This document shows positions 9,412-20,011 of a DNA stretch of 64,000 nt, piece by piece (positions within the stretch are counted from its first letter, which is position 1; each line of letters starts with the position of its first letter). The DNA lies in contig CAIKRV010000011.1 in assembly GCA_903829945.1 (NCBI GenBank), forward strand, positions 14,255 through 78,254, written 5' to 3'. Position numbers and translations under genes: made by a program. The notes under the pieces are model-generated. The model did no database searches. It saw nothing but the letters and a program-made list of their open reading frames with translations, and had not been told where the DNA came from. This DNA is from an uncultured bacterium. GTDB lineage: Bacteria > Bacteroidota > Bacteroidia > CAILMK01.

Positions 9412-12400
9412 TTAGCGTATTATAGTAACCGTTCCTTCTTTCTGACCAATTGCCTTGCCTTTTATCAACCAGTAATACACACCTGCTGCTAATGGATCTC
9501 CTTTCAATGAAGTTCCATTCCAGGATAAGATTTGTCCCGGACCTCCGTCTTGTTTATACACCAATTGACCCCATCTATTAAATATTTCCAATTCAAAATC
9601 CATGCATTTATCATTGATGCCACTCAAGGTAAATACATCATTTTTTCCATCTCCATCAGGAGTGATTACATTGGATATTTTTAAATGATCAAAGCCTAAA
9701 TCTTGTAGTTTAAAATTCGCCTTCGCGGTATCCGCACAGTTATTTCCGGGATTAGCAATTAACATGACACTATAATCTCCATCCTGAGCGTAGTAATGAT
9801 TGACGTTTCTTTGGGTTATTTTATCACTGCCATCTCCAAAGTTCCAGAGGAATTTTTTAGCGGCTGTATCCGTCTTATTTAAAAAATACACCAATCCCGT
9901 ACAGGAATCAATCGTAAAATTAAACACGGCATTATGCTTCTTTCTTGGGACAATTATTTTATTAAGCGTATCAGCGCAGGCCTTCCCTGCATTAATAACC
10001 AAAGTTACATTATACGACGTATCACTTGCATAAGTATGCTTAGGCGGATTCACTAATGAATCCTGTGTGCCATCACCGAAAAGCCACAAATATTTTGGAT
10101 TGAAACTTAATGCTTGAAATACAAAATCACGCGTACAAGGTGGATTTGTATAGGTAAAACTTGATTTCTTTTTTGGAGGAACCACTATCCCTATTTTCGA
10201 GGTATCACCTTTGCAATAATTAGGAAGAATGATGGTAAAAGTATCTTTGCCCGCACTTGGATACGTATAAGTAGGTAATAATTTTCTTATCGTATCACTG
10301 CCGAATACCCAAATTGGCGTACTGTCTTTAGGGTTAAAATCTGTTATTTTGACGGTATGCGAACAGGTATCAAAAACATATTTTACAATTGGTTTTTTTA
10401 ATGGCGGGAAAGTGACAAATTTAGAAATGGTATCACATGGTGCTTTTGGATGTATTATAAGCTTAATATTTAGTTTTCCACTGCCTAAATAAGTATAAAC
10501 AGGTAGTTTAGCTGTAATCAGTTTTCCATCAAATAACCATTGATAATCTGAATCCTTAGAAGAGACATTCGTAATTTTTATTATTTTACTGCAGGTATCA
10601 AAAGTAAAACTAAAATCGGATCGTTGCAAAGTAACATATTGATAGGAAGAATCAATACATGGAGTACCCACATCTGCTATCAGTGTAATTTTATACTTGC
10701 CTGATTGATTATAACTATGCGTTGGACTAGGCCCGCTGGCCGTATCCAAATCACCGAAATTCCATGTTAATTTTTGTGCTTTGGCAAAAGTGCCGACCGT
10801 ATCAAAATAGACCGTACGATTGCAAGTATCTTTAGTATAATTAAAAAGTGCTTTTGCTTTATAATAAGATTGAATTTGCTTAGTTACTGAATCCTTAGTA
10901 GTACATGCATATAAATTGGTTACTACTAATTTTAAATTATAAACTCCTCCAAAAGAATATTTATGTGGTGGAGGGTCCTTCAAAGTGGAAGTCGTTCCAT
11001 CACCAAAATCCCAATAAAATGACTTACCATTAGTAGTTTTATTGGTAATTTTCACCGTATAAGGAGAACATCCGCGTGTAGGAGCATCGAAATTCGCTTT
11101 TAAATTTGGAATACTCAAATCCACCTTAAACAATAAATTATTACAACCCGGATAGGTAGTTGCTGTACCATATCCATTGGTACCATTGTTTACTCTTGAC
11201 CATGCATTTTTCGTAGTAGGAAAATTAGATAAACCCCAACATCCTCCGCATACACTTTGATAAATCACTCCACGCTTATCAAATCGACTGGTTCCCCCAT
11301 CTACATGTTCCGGATCAGGATTACCTCCATAAAAAGAAGCATAAAGCATCGTATCCATATTCTTTGCAAATAAGGCCACATAAAAATCTGAGCCGTCAGT
11401 CGAATTTTGAGAGGCATCAGAAGTAATTGGAAGCTTAAGCGTCCAGCCATTATGACCACCGTAGTCAGAGCTATTCACTTTACCACCCCATCCTGAAATA
11501 TAAATTTTCCCACAATCATCCACTAAAAATGCAGAAGGAGAAATATCAACTCTGGAACTTCCGGTTCCAATGGTTGCGGAGCGAATTAATTTATCCAAAC
11601 TACTATTAAACTCTGAAATAAATTGTCCGCTCTTAGGATTATTATAGCTGGTATTAAAATTAGGAAAAGTATCAGAACTGGTTTGACCATAAAGATACAC
11701 ATTATCACTTTTATCTAACTGAACAAAATAACTTTGATCATATTTACTCGTGCCCAAATAGGTTGCATTTAGTAGTGTAGTACCATCATCCTTAAAGGAA
11801 CATACATAGGCATCAATTGTATTTTCATGCAGCTTACTGCCACTGATTGGTGGTGTTAAGCTTTTTTTATAGGTTTGTGTATCACTAAAAAAATATGGAC
11901 TATTGGTTCCGCCGGTTACAAAAATATTTCCTTTGGAATCTCTTTGCAAGGAATAAGCTGCATCAGCATTAGCACCACCAATAAGGGTACACCATGCCAT
12001 TTTGGACATATCAGAATTCAGTTTAAAAATACAAGCATCCTGTGAGCCGCCCAATACTCTTTGATAAGCATTCAGGAATTTACCGGAATCAATAAAATCC
12101 TTGCTCATCGTAGAGGAAGCCACATAAATATTCCCTTTTACATCCACAATTACCTCGCCCCTGGCTTGGTCACCGTAATTATAAAATAAGGGTGCTCTTT
12201 GAAAATAAAAATTATTGTTAAAATCCCAATATACTACCCCATTTAATCCATCAGGACCTCCACCACCTACATAGGTGCAGGCCAACATTGAATCCCCGTT
12301 TCTGGAAAGCTTACAAACATAAATATCACAGCTATCCCCATATTTTGTTTGCCAGGCATTGGTGGTTACCGGAAAATTATCCGAGCAAGTATTTCCAAAA

Positions 12401-13467
12401 ACTATTAATCTGTCCTGACTATCTACCACCATACTATTAGGTTGTTCATAGCCGTTGCCGCCTATATAAGTTGCAAATAAGAGTGAATCGCCGGTTTTAT
12501 TGTATTTTAATATCCCAATATCACCGGAATAGTATCCTTCTTCCACCAAGGTATCAAGATTGCCACCATTGAAGGTAGTATCATAAGCCTTATGCTTGCC
12601 TAACTTAGCAGGAAAACCTCTGCTATAAGTTGTACCGCCGGAATATCCGTTACCTTCCTTATCATAAGTGCCCGTAAAACCAAAATTATCCGCATAGGAG
12701 CCTGAATACGTAGCAAATATCATAGTCGGATCTACAATTAGGGGTAAATCATGGTTATAATCATCAGGAAATTCAAAGCTTACTATATCCCCTTTTATAA
12801 CATAATTACATTTTACTTCTTGTTTTTGACCATTATACTCTTGATAGGCATACGGTTTTAGTTCTTGAATTTGGCCTAACCAACACTTTACCAGCAAATC
12901 ACCTTGAGATAAGACCAAGGCATCTGCTCCTTTAATTTTATATTGAATATTATTAACGTTTTCATGCGGCCCAACCAGATAAGTGTGCTTAATGGCATCA
13001 CCTTCGCTTTCTACTTTCAGAGAGATACCTTGAAAAAGGTTGCGGTAAGTAATTCGAAAATATGGTTTTGCATGATTAACCCATCTTGATTGATCTTTGG
13101 TGTAATAATAGTTATAATACTCATAACCAACGGAATCTGCAACCAATTGCACATTACTTTGTGGGTTCACAAATTCTAAAAATACACTTTGATAATCCAC
13201 ATCATCCTTCTGAAAAGGAACATATGCATGAAATTTTTGGAGTCTGGGCGCAGACACAAAAGCATATCTGATCCAGTGATTTCCTAAAAAGACTGTGGTG
13301 CCGGGAACATCCGCCCTAAAACGAACCAATGGGTTCCATTGTCCCTTATTTTCAATAAAACGAACCCTGGCATGAAGCACTTGATTAGAGAGCACAAGCA
13401 AGAAGACAAGGCTTAATATGGTACCCTTAAGGGAATTAAAAATCTTCATACAAACGCGTTCAAACAC
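9412..13467 (-). CDS. T9SS type B (CHU_C, gliding-motility-associated) C-terminal-domain cargo protein with SBBP beta-propeller repeats and multiple PKD domains.
   Basis: The C-terminus carries the type B sorting domain (ITPDGDGKNDVFTLSGIND...FELEIFNRWGQLVYK...GVYYW). The middle holds several PKD-type WxFGDG units (FYWDFGDGTTS, WNFGDLDTASGPSPTHSY, LWLFGDGTQDS, LWNFGDGSDK). The N-terminal half has beta-propeller Gly/Tyr repeats. The signal peptide probably starts at the internal Met (MKIFNSLKGTILSLVFLLVLS, start near 13449). Confidence 0.8.
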   Translation of the reverse strand: MFERVCMKIFNSLKGTILSLVFLLVLSNQVLHARVRFIENKGQWNPLVRFRADVPGTTVFLGNHWIRYAFVSAPRLQKFHAYVPFQKDDVDYQSVFLEFVNPQSNVQLVADSVGYEYYNYYYTKDQSRWVNHAKPYFRITYRNLFQGISLKVESEGDAIKHTYLVGPHENVNNIQYKIKGADALVLSQGDLLVKCWLGQIQELKPYAYQEYNGQKQEVKCNYVIKGDIVSFEFPDDYNHDLPLIVDPTMIFATYSGSYADNFGFTGTYDKEGNGYSGGTTYSRGFPAKLGKHKAYDTTFNGGNLDTLVEEGYYSGDIGILKYNKTGDSLLFATYIGGNGYEQPNSMVVDSQDRLIVFGNTCSDNFPVTTNAWQTKYGDSCDIYVCKLSRNGDSMLACTYVGGGGPDGLNGVVYWDFNNNFYFQRAPLFYNYGDQARGEVIVDVKGNIYVASSTMSKDFIDSGKFLNAYQRVLGGSQDACIFKLNSDMSKMAWCTLIGGANADAAYSLQRDSKGNIFVTGGTNSPYFFSDTQTYKKSLTPPISGSKLHENTIDAYVCSFKDDGTTLLNATYLGTSKYDQSYFVQLDKSDNVYLYGQTSSDTFPNFNTSYNNPKSGQFISEFNSSLDKLIRSATIGTGSSRVDISPSAFLVDDCGKIYISGWGGKVNSSDYGGHNGWTLKLPITSDASQNSTDGSDFYVALFAKNMDTMLYASFYGGNPDPEHVDGGTSRFDKRGVIYQSVCGGCWGLSNFPTTKNAWSRVNNGTNGYGTATTYPGCNNLLFKVDLSIPNLKANFDAPTRGCSPYTVKITNKTTNGKSFYWDFGDGTTSTLKDPPPHKYSFGGVYNLKLVVTNLYACTTKDSVTKQIQSYYKAKALFNYTKDTCNRTVYFDTVGTFAKAQKLTWNFGDLDTASGPSPTHSYNQSGKYKITLIADVGTPCIDSSYQYVTLQRSDFSFTFDTCSKIIKITNVSSKDSDYQWLFDGKLITAKLPVYTYLGSGKLNIKLIIHPKAPCDTISKFVTFPPLKKPIVKYVFDTCSHTVKITDFNPKDSTPIWVFGSDTIRKLLPTYTYPSAGKDTFTIILPNYCKGDTSKIGIVVPPKKKSSFTYTNPPCTRDFVFQALSFNPKYLWLFGDGTQDSLVNPPKHTYASDTSYNVTLVINAGKACADTLNKIIVPRKKHNAVFNFTIDSCTGLVYFLNKTDTAAKKFLWNFGDGSDKITQRNVNHYYAQDGDYSVMLIANPGNNCADTAKANFKLQDLGFDHLKISNVITPDGDGKNDVFTLSGINDKCMDFELEIFNRWGQLVYKQDGGPGQILSWNGTSLKGDPLAAGVYYWLIKGKAIGQKEGTVTIIR

Positions 13468-13511
13468 TTTGGCCTATCAAAAATAACATTTTTTAATTAA
13501 AAAAAGGTACT

Positions 13512-13541
13512 TTGGCTTTATCATGATAATTTTGCACTAAA
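13512..13541 (+). promoter_or_regulatory. Putative Bacteroidota sigma-A promoter for serS (-33 TTG, -7 TAATTTTG).
   Basis: TAATTTTG at 13527-13534 matches the TAnnTTTG -7 consensus about 18 nt upstream of the ATG, and a TTG lies at 13512-13514. Confidence 0.3.
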
Positions 13542-13551
13542 ATACAGCCTG

Positions 13552-14823
13552 ATGCTTTTACTTCAATATTTACGAGAAAACAGAGCTGACGTATTGGAAC
13601 GTCTAGCCAAACGCAAATTTAAACATCCTGAATTGGTGGATACCGTTCTGGCACATGACCAAGATCGCCGTCGGATTCAAAAAGAATTGGATGAAACATT
13701 GGCTAGAGCCAATGCCATTGCTAAGGAAGTAGGTATTTTATTTAAGGAAGGTAAAAAGGACGAAGCAGAGCAAGCTAAGGCTGAATCATCAAGTTTAAAA
13801 GAAGTAAGCAAAAATTTAGAAGAGCAGCTTCAACTTAAGGAACAAGAACTTCATGATGCCTTAGTACTTATACCCAATACCCCGCATCCCTCTGTGTCTA
13901 TCGGTACTACTCCCGAAGAGAATGAAATAGTGGCAAATTTTGGTGAAGCCATTCCAATGCCTGAAGGGGCTATACCCCATTGGGATTTGGCAAAGAAATA
14001 TGATTTGATAGATTTTGAATTGGGGGTTAAAATCACCGGTGCAGGATTCCCTGTTTATAAAGGTCAAGGTGCAAAATTGCAAAGGGCATTAATCAATTTC
14101 TTTTTAGACCAAGCTACCAAGCAGGGATACATAGAACATGAACCTCCTATTATGATTAACAAGGAAAGTGGCTATGGTACGGGGCAATTGCCCGATAAAG
14201 ATGGTCAAATGTATTACGTGGCAGAAGATGAACTTTATTTAATCCCTACGGCCGAAGTACCCTTAACTAATCTGTACAGAGATGTAATTTTAAAGGAAGA
14301 AGATTTTCCGATTAAAATGACGGGATATACTCCTTGTTTTCGTAGAGAAGCAGGTTCTTATGGTAAGGATGTTCGCGGTTTGAACAGATTGCATCAATTT
14401 GATAAGGTTGAGATTGTACAGTTGCAACACCCGGATTTATCGTATCAAGCTTTAGAGGAAATGAAGGATTATGTTGCCAGCCTTTTAAAAAGTTTAGAAT
14501 TACCGTTTAGAATTTTAAAATTATGTGGAGGAGATATGGGCTTTACCAGTGCCATGACCTATGATATGGAGGTATTTTCTGCGGCACAGCAAAAATGGTT
14601 GGAAGTAAGTTCGGTTTCCAATTTTGAAACATTTCAAGCCAATCGCTTAAAACTACGCTTTAAAGACAAACAAGGTAAAATGCAAATTGCACATACATTG
14701 AACGGAAGTGCATTGGCTTTACCGAGAATCGTAGCTGCATTGCTTGAAAATAATCAAGGCCCGGACGGCATTAAACTTCCACAAGTATTAGTACCGTACA
14801 TGGGTACTACTCATATACGTTAA
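13552..14823 (+). CDS. serS: Serine--tRNA ligase.
   Basis: The N-terminus (MLLLQYLRENRADVLERLAKRKF) leads into a coiled-coil arm. The class II aaRS core is present (CFRREAGSYGKDVRGLNRLHQFDKVE). The length is 423 aa. Confidence 0.9.
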   Translation: MLLLQYLRENRADVLERLAKRKFKHPELVDTVLAHDQDRRRIQKELDETLARANAIAKEVGILFKEGKKDEAEQAKAESSSLKEVSKNLEEQLQLKEQELHDALVLIPNTPHPSVSIGTTPEENEIVANFGEAIPMPEGAIPHWDLAKKYDLIDFELGVKITGAGFPVYKGQGAKLQRALINFFLDQATKQGYIEHEPPIMINKESGYGTGQLPDKDGQMYYVAEDELYLIPTAEVPLTNLYRDVILKEEDFPIKMTGYTPCFRREAGSYGKDVRGLNRLHQFDKVEIVQLQHPDLSYQALEEMKDYVASLLKSLELPFRILKLCGGDMGFTSAMTYDMEVFSAAQQKWLEVSSVSNFETFQANRLKLRFKDKQGKMQIAHTLNGSALALPRIVAALLENNQGPDGIKLPQVLVPYMGTTHIR

Positions 14824-14827
14824 AAAA

Positions 14828-14851
14828 GCAGGTATATCCTGCATTTATTTT
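14828..14851 (+). terminator. Weak intrinsic terminator after serS.
   Basis: The hairpin is gcagg-tatat-cctgc followed by atttatttt. The stem is only 5 bp. Confidence 0.3.
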
Positions 14852-14856
14852 ATAAC

Positions 14857-16761
14857 ATGTCAATAAAAAGCCTGCTGAAAGAATATTGGGGTTATGAAAC
14901 CTTTCGTCCGATGCAGGAAGAAATTATTCAATCGGTATTGGCAGGACATGACACCCTGGCGCTCATGCCCACCAGCGGTGGAAAATCATTATGTTATCAA
15001 ATACCTGCCTTAGCAATGGATGGTATTTGCTTGGTCATTTCGCCGCTTATAGCGCTCATTAAAGATCAGGCGGAATACTTGGAATCCAAAGGCATCAAAG
15101 TGCTTACCGTTCATTCAGGTATGAGTTTCAGGGAAATTGATATTGCGCTGGACAATGCTGTTTATGGAAAATTCAAATTTTTATTTTTATCACCTGAACG
15201 CTTAGAAACGGATATTTTCAAGGCCCGGTTAGAAAAAATGCCCTTTAATTTAATTAGTGTTGATGAAGCGCATTGCATTTCCGAATGGGGGTATGATTTT
15301 AGACCTTCCTATCTTAAAATAGCTGAAATACGGAACTTCCTCCCAAATATCCCTATTTTAGCACTTACGGCCACTGCTACCCCCAATGTGAAGAATGATA
15401 TTATAAAAAAACTAAATTTCAGGAAAGGATACGCTCATTTTCAAATGAGCTTTGATAGAGATAATTTAGTTTATGCTGCACTTCATGATGAAGATAAACG
15501 TCATAGAATTGTTCAATTATTAAATGATATTCCCGGTTCTTCTATTATTTATGTTCGCAATAGACGCATGTGTAAAGAGTTGGCTGAATATTTTCAGAGA
15601 AATCAAATTTCGGCAGATTATTACCATGGTGGATTAGGCGCTCAGGAACGAAGTATCAAGCAAAACAAATGGAAAAATAATAATTGTAGGGTGATGGTAG
15701 CCACCAATGCTTTTGGAATGGGAATTGATAAAGCAGATGTTCGCTCAGTCATCCATTTTGATTTACCGGAAAGTCTGGAGGCCTATTATCAGGAAGCAGG
15801 ACGGAGTGGACGAGACGGTAAAAGAGCATTCCCAATAATTATTTGTACCCCAGCCGATATTGCACTCTTGGAACAGCGCGTAGCTGACCATTTTCCGGAT
15901 GGGGAAGATGTTAAAAATACCTATCATGCCTTAGGAAATTATTTTCAAATACCGGAAGGCAGTGGTGCCGGCGAAAGTTTCAATTTTTCGATATCAGAAT
16001 TTTCTGAAAGATATAACCTGAATACCTCAAAAGTATTTGCTTCCTTAAAATTTTTGGAACAAGCAGGATATTTAAGCTTATCCGAAGCGGTATTTATTCC
16101 CAGTAGGATGATGATGAAAGTGAATCATGGAGAGATATATAATTTTCAACTGGAGCAGCCCAACTATGAAGGAATCATTAAAACCTTACTTCGCAGCTAT
16201 GGCGGATGCTTTGAAAATTATGTAAAAATTGAAGAGAAATTTATAGCCAATCGTCTTGATTTGAGCATTAGTCAAGTCATTACATCATTAAAACAATTAA
16301 AACGACTCAATTTAATTGACTATATTCCTCGTACAGATGAACCTCAAATCAGTTTTTTAATTGAGCGATTAAGTAAAGAAAATTTATTAATTAACAATCA
16401 ACATATCAAGGAACGGAAAATTATTTATCAGGAAAAAATAAAATCGATGATAAATTATGCCATGACTAGTGGCAAATGCAGAGGGAAATTATTATTAAAT
16501 TATTTTGGCGAAGAAACAGATAAAGATTGCGGACATTGTGATTATTGTTTAAAGAAAGAAAAAAAGTCCTCCGGTGAAAAGAATCATGAAATGATTCAAA
16601 CTCAGATATTACAATTATTATTACAAGAGGATTGGTATTTGGATGAACTTTTTTCAAAAATAAATTTCATGGAAAAAGAAATAATTTTAGACAACATTCG
16701 TTGGATGCAGGACCATGATATTATTTCAGTTACAGAGGAAGGATTGGTAAAAAAACGATAA
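14857..16761 (+). CDS. recQ: ATP-dependent DNA helicase RecQ.
   Basis: It carries the Walker A (LMPTSGGKSLCYQIP), the DEAH box (SVDEAHCISEWGYDFRPSY), and the RecQ C-terminal zinc motif (CGHCDYC). The length is 634 aa. Confidence 0.85.
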   Translation: MSIKSLLKEYWGYETFRPMQEEIIQSVLAGHDTLALMPTSGGKSLCYQIPALAMDGICLVISPLIALIKDQAEYLESKGIKVLTVHSGMSFREIDIALDNAVYGKFKFLFLSPERLETDIFKARLEKMPFNLISVDEAHCISEWGYDFRPSYLKIAEIRNFLPNIPILALTATATPNVKNDIIKKLNFRKGYAHFQMSFDRDNLVYAALHDEDKRHRIVQLLNDIPGSSIIYVRNRRMCKELAEYFQRNQISADYYHGGLGAQERSIKQNKWKNNNCRVMVATNAFGMGIDKADVRSVIHFDLPESLEAYYQEAGRSGRDGKRAFPIIICTPADIALLEQRVADHFPDGEDVKNTYHALGNYFQIPEGSGAGESFNFSISEFSERYNLNTSKVFASLKFLEQAGYLSLSEAVFIPSRMMMKVNHGEIYNFQLEQPNYEGIIKTLLRSYGGCFENYVKIEEKFIANRLDLSISQVITSLKQLKRLNLIDYIPRTDEPQISFLIERLSKENLLINNQHIKERKIIYQEKIKSMINYAMTSGKCRGKLLLNYFGEETDKDCGHCDYCLKKEKKSSGEKNHEMIQTQILQLLLQEDWYLDELFSKINFMEKEIILDNIRWMQDHDIISVTEEGLVKKR

Positions 16762-16762
16762 G

Positions 16763-17671
16763 GTGTTTAAATATATTAAACATAAAGATATTGACAAACC
16801 CAGGTGGAATGAAAGCTTGGAAAAATGCATCAACGCACATGTTTATGCCTATACTTGGTATTTGGATACCGTAAGTCCTAATTGGGATGCTTTGGTATGG
16901 GGAGATTATGAAATGTTATTTCCCCTAACTCACAAAACAAAATATGGAATTAGGTATTTGTGTCAACCTTTATTTATACGATATTTTGATATCTATGCCA
17001 CGGATAAATTGCCCGAACATACACATTATTTGCTCTTATTAAGAACCTTGAAAGTGCATTTTAAATTTATTGAAATCAATATTTTAAAAGAGCTTTACCA
17101 GGATCAAATACCGGATTATACTTTAAGAAAATTGCAGGCACAGCACTATAATTACTCCACCCCGGCACCCGTTATTAGCCATAGTTTAAAGCAAAATTTA
17201 AATAGGGCAAAGAAAGCAGGATTAAAGAATTTTGAATTTATTGACACTATTGCGTTTTCGTATTTTACACAAAGAGCCTTGGCCAATAAAATTCCTGATT
17301 TAAAAATTAAGGATTTTGGTTTATTAAAACATTTAATGGAAGTAAGTATTCAACATGGGCATGGAATAACCATAGGTATTAAAAATGAAAATGGAATAGT
17401 TTTGTCGGGTGAATTTATGGTTAGTGGGTTTGGGACCCAAACTTTAGTGATAGGTTTTACCCATGAGGAGGGCAAAAAAAATGGTGCCATGTCCTACTTA
17501 CGTTATGAATATATTCAAGCAATAAAAAATCAAGAAAAATATTTTGATTTTGGAGGTTCTAATTTACCCGGGGTTGCTCAATTTAATTTAACCTTCGGTA
17601 GCACGAATTATCATTATAGCGGAATAAAACATAATTCCTTACCGGCATGGGTAAGAATTTTTAAAAAATGA
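16763..17671 (+). CDS. FemAB-like/GNAT-fold acyltransferase family protein (putative).
   Basis: It is a 302-aa soluble protein packed between recQ (1-nt gap) and the GT4 gene (ATGA overlap). Its composition and size match the FemAB-like GNAT proteins of Bacteroidota glycan loci. No sharp motif is visible. Confidence 0.4.
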   Translation: MFKYIKHKDIDKPRWNESLEKCINAHVYAYTWYLDTVSPNWDALVWGDYEMLFPLTHKTKYGIRYLCQPLFIRYFDIYATDKLPEHTHYLLLLRTLKVHFKFIEINILKELYQDQIPDYTLRKLQAQHYNYSTPAPVISHSLKQNLNRAKKAGLKNFEFIDTIAFSYFTQRALANKIPDLKIKDFGLLKHLMEVSIQHGHGITIGIKNENGIVLSGEFMVSGFGTQTLVIGFTHEEGKKNGAMSYLRYEYIQAIKNQEKYFDFGGSNLPGVAQFNLTFGSTNYHYSGIKHNSLPAWVRIFKK

Positions 17672-18792
17672 AAAGAATAATTATATCCGCAACGAGTGAT
17701 TTGGTAACAGATCAAAGAGTGCACAAAGTTGCAAGCTCTTGCATAAATGCAGGATATGAAGTAATAGTAGTGGGCAGGGCAAAAAAGGATAGCTTGGCAA
17801 TTACAAATCGTAATTATAAAATTAAAAGATTTAAACTTCCTTTTGAAAAAGGCCCATTGTTTTATGCATTTTATAATTTGCGCTTATTTATATTTTTAAT
17901 ATTTAATGCTGCAGATGCATATATTGCCAATGATTTAGATACTTTAATGGGAAATTATTATGCCGCAAAAATTAAAAGGACTCCCCTATTGTATGATAAT
18001 CATGAATATTTTACTGGGGTACCGGAACTCTTAGATCGCGCTTTTACACGAAATATTTGGAAGAAAATTGAACGCCACATTTTCCCTAAGTTAAAATACG
18101 TTTATACTGTAAATAATTCAATTAAATTATTATTTGAAAATGAATATCATATTCCTGTAGCAGTAGTTCGTAATATTCCATTACGCAACGAAAGTCAAGA
18201 AATAAAGAAAAAACTTAACATTGAAATTCCCCAGGGCAATAAAGTTATTATTTACCAAGGAGCAATCAACAAAGATAGAGGAGTGGAAGAAGCAATTCAG
18301 GCTATGCAATATCTTGAAAATATTACTTTGCTTATTGTCGGAGACGGAGACGTTTTTAATGAGGTTAAAAAAATAGCAGAACAATTACATATTGAAAATA
18401 AAATTATTTTTACGGGAAAAATACCATTTCAATTATTACCCAACTACACCGCTTTAGCAGACTTAGGTTTATGTATAGAAAAGTCCACCAATATTAATTA
18501 TACTTTTAGTTTACCAAATAAGTTATTTGACTATATCCGAGCCGGAGTACCCATATTGGCAGCCGATCTGATTGAAGTAAAATCAATTATCAACCAATAC
18601 AATATTGGCAATATAATTCAAACACATGATCCCAAACATATTGCCGAGCAAATTACGATAAGCTTATTTGATGAAAATAAAATCCAATTATGGAAAAAGC
18701 AATTAAAAATTGCATCCCAAGAATTGAGTTGGGAAAATGAGGAAAAAGTATTTTTAAATATGCTTAAAGAGGCCATTCCTTCAGGAAATTAA
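17668..18792 (+). CDS. Glycosyltransferase family 4 (GT-B fold).
   Basis: The N-terminus is MKRIIISATSDLVTDQRVHKV. The C-terminal EX7E-like region is FDYIRAGVPILAADLIEVKSIINQ. The length is 374 aa. Confidence 0.72.
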   Translation: MKRIIISATSDLVTDQRVHKVASSCINAGYEVIVVGRAKKDSLAITNRNYKIKRFKLPFEKGPLFYAFYNLRLFIFLIFNAADAYIANDLDTLMGNYYAAKIKRTPLLYDNHEYFTGVPELLDRAFTRNIWKKIERHIFPKLKYVYTVNNSIKLLFENEYHIPVAVVRNIPLRNESQEIKKKLNIEIPQGNKVIIYQGAINKDRGVEEAIQAMQYLENITLLIVGDGDVFNEVKKIAEQLHIENKIIFTGKIPFQLLPNYTALADLGLCIEKSTNINYTFSLPNKLFDYIRAGVPILAADLIEVKSIINQYNIGNIIQTHDPKHIAEQITISLFDENKIQLWKKQLKIASQELSWENEEKVFLNMLKEAIPSGN

Positions 18793-18877
18793 ATCAAGTT
18801 AAAATCCTAAATCGAGTAAGATTTTTTAGAATAGGGAAATTTTTTGAAGGGAATTTCGTTAATCTTGTAGAGAAATA

Positions 18878-20011
18878 ATGAAAGAACTACACCTGATCAG
18901 TTTTAATGTCCCCTACCCTGCAGATTATGGGGGAGTAATAGATGTCTTTTATAAAATTAAAGCCCTCAAAAAGGCCGGAGTAAAAGTACATTTGCATACT
19001 TTCCAATATGGCAGAGAAGAAGCTGATATATTATCAAGCCTGTGTGAAGAAGTTTATTATTACAAGCGAAAATTATATAAGGATCCATTTTTTTCTAAAT
19101 TACCTTATATAGTAGCTACACGTGCCAATGATGAATTATTATCTAATTTATTAAAGGATCGTCACCCCATTATATTTGAAGGCATTCATTGTTGTTATTT
19201 TATTGATAATCCACAACTTGAGAACAGAGTTAAGCTTGTGCGCATGCACAATATAGAGCATATTTACTATAAAAATTTAGCTAAAATAGAAAGAAACTTT
19301 TTTAAGAAGTATTTCTTTTATAAAGAATCTGAAAGGCTTAAAAAATTCCAAAAACAAATACGCTTTGCAGATTTAATAGCAGCCATTTCCCCGGATGACG
19401 AAAAAATACTGAAATTAAAATTTGAGAATGTTTTTTTCTTGCCCCCCTTTCATGCCAATGAACATATTGGTCCTGCAAAAAAAGTTGAAGAATATGCCTT
19501 ATATCACGGCAATTTAGGGGTTGGTGAAAATAATGAAGCAGCTTTATACCTTGTAAAAGAAGTATTTAACGATTTAGACTACCCATTAATTATTGCAGGA
19601 AATAATCCATCCAAGGAATTGCGGGAAGCTGTTGAACAACAGCCAAATAGTAAATTAGTAGATCATACAAGTACAGATAAAATTGATGAACTTATTTCAA
19701 AGGCAAAAATTAATATCCTACCTACCTTTCAAGGTACAGGCATGAAACTCAAGCTAATAAATGTTTTGTTTAAAGGCGGGCATTGTATTGTAAACCGAAA
19801 AATGGTACATAATACCGGTTTAGAAAGTCTTTGCATTCAAGCAAACAATGCTTATGCCATGAAACATGCAGTGGAAGCCTGTAGGAACAAGGATTTTAGT
19901 CAGGCTGAACTGGAACATCGAATAGCATATTTGAACCAGGCCTTTAATAATCAAGTTAATGCCCAGCTTTTATTAGCACAAATAGCTCAATTTGAATCCG
20001 TAAGTGTGTAA
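18878..20011 (+). CDS. Glycosyltransferase, GT-B fold (GT4-like).
   Basis: A 377-aa protein that opens MKELHLISFNVPYPADYGGVIDVFYKIKALKKAGVKVHLH, typical of a GT-B N-terminal Rossmann domain. Confidence 0.5.
   Translation: MKELHLISFNVPYPADYGGVIDVFYKIKALKKAGVKVHLHTFQYGREEADILSSLCEEVYYYKRKLYKDPFFSKLPYIVATRANDELLSNLLKDRHPIIFEGIHCCYFIDNPQLENRVKLVRMHNIEHIYYKNLAKIERNFFKKYFFYKESERLKKFQKQIRFADLIAAISPDDEKILKLKFENVFFLPPFHANEHIGPAKKVEEYALYHGNLGVGENNEAALYLVKEVFNDLDYPLIIAGNNPSKELREAVEQQPNSKLVDHTSTDKIDELISKAKINILPTFQGTGMKLKLINVLFKGGHCIVNRKMVHNTGLESLCIQANNAYAMKHAVEACRNKDFSQAELEHRIAYLNQAFNNQVNAQLLLAQIAQFESVSV

Noticed and set aside
13468-13551. AACGCGTT palindrome and an A7 run upstream of serS as a T-box or riboswitch-like leader.
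   Set aside because: The leader is far too short at 84 bp for a T-box or riboswitch. Bacteroidota serS is not known to use T-box control. The elements fit an ordinary -33/-7 promoter.
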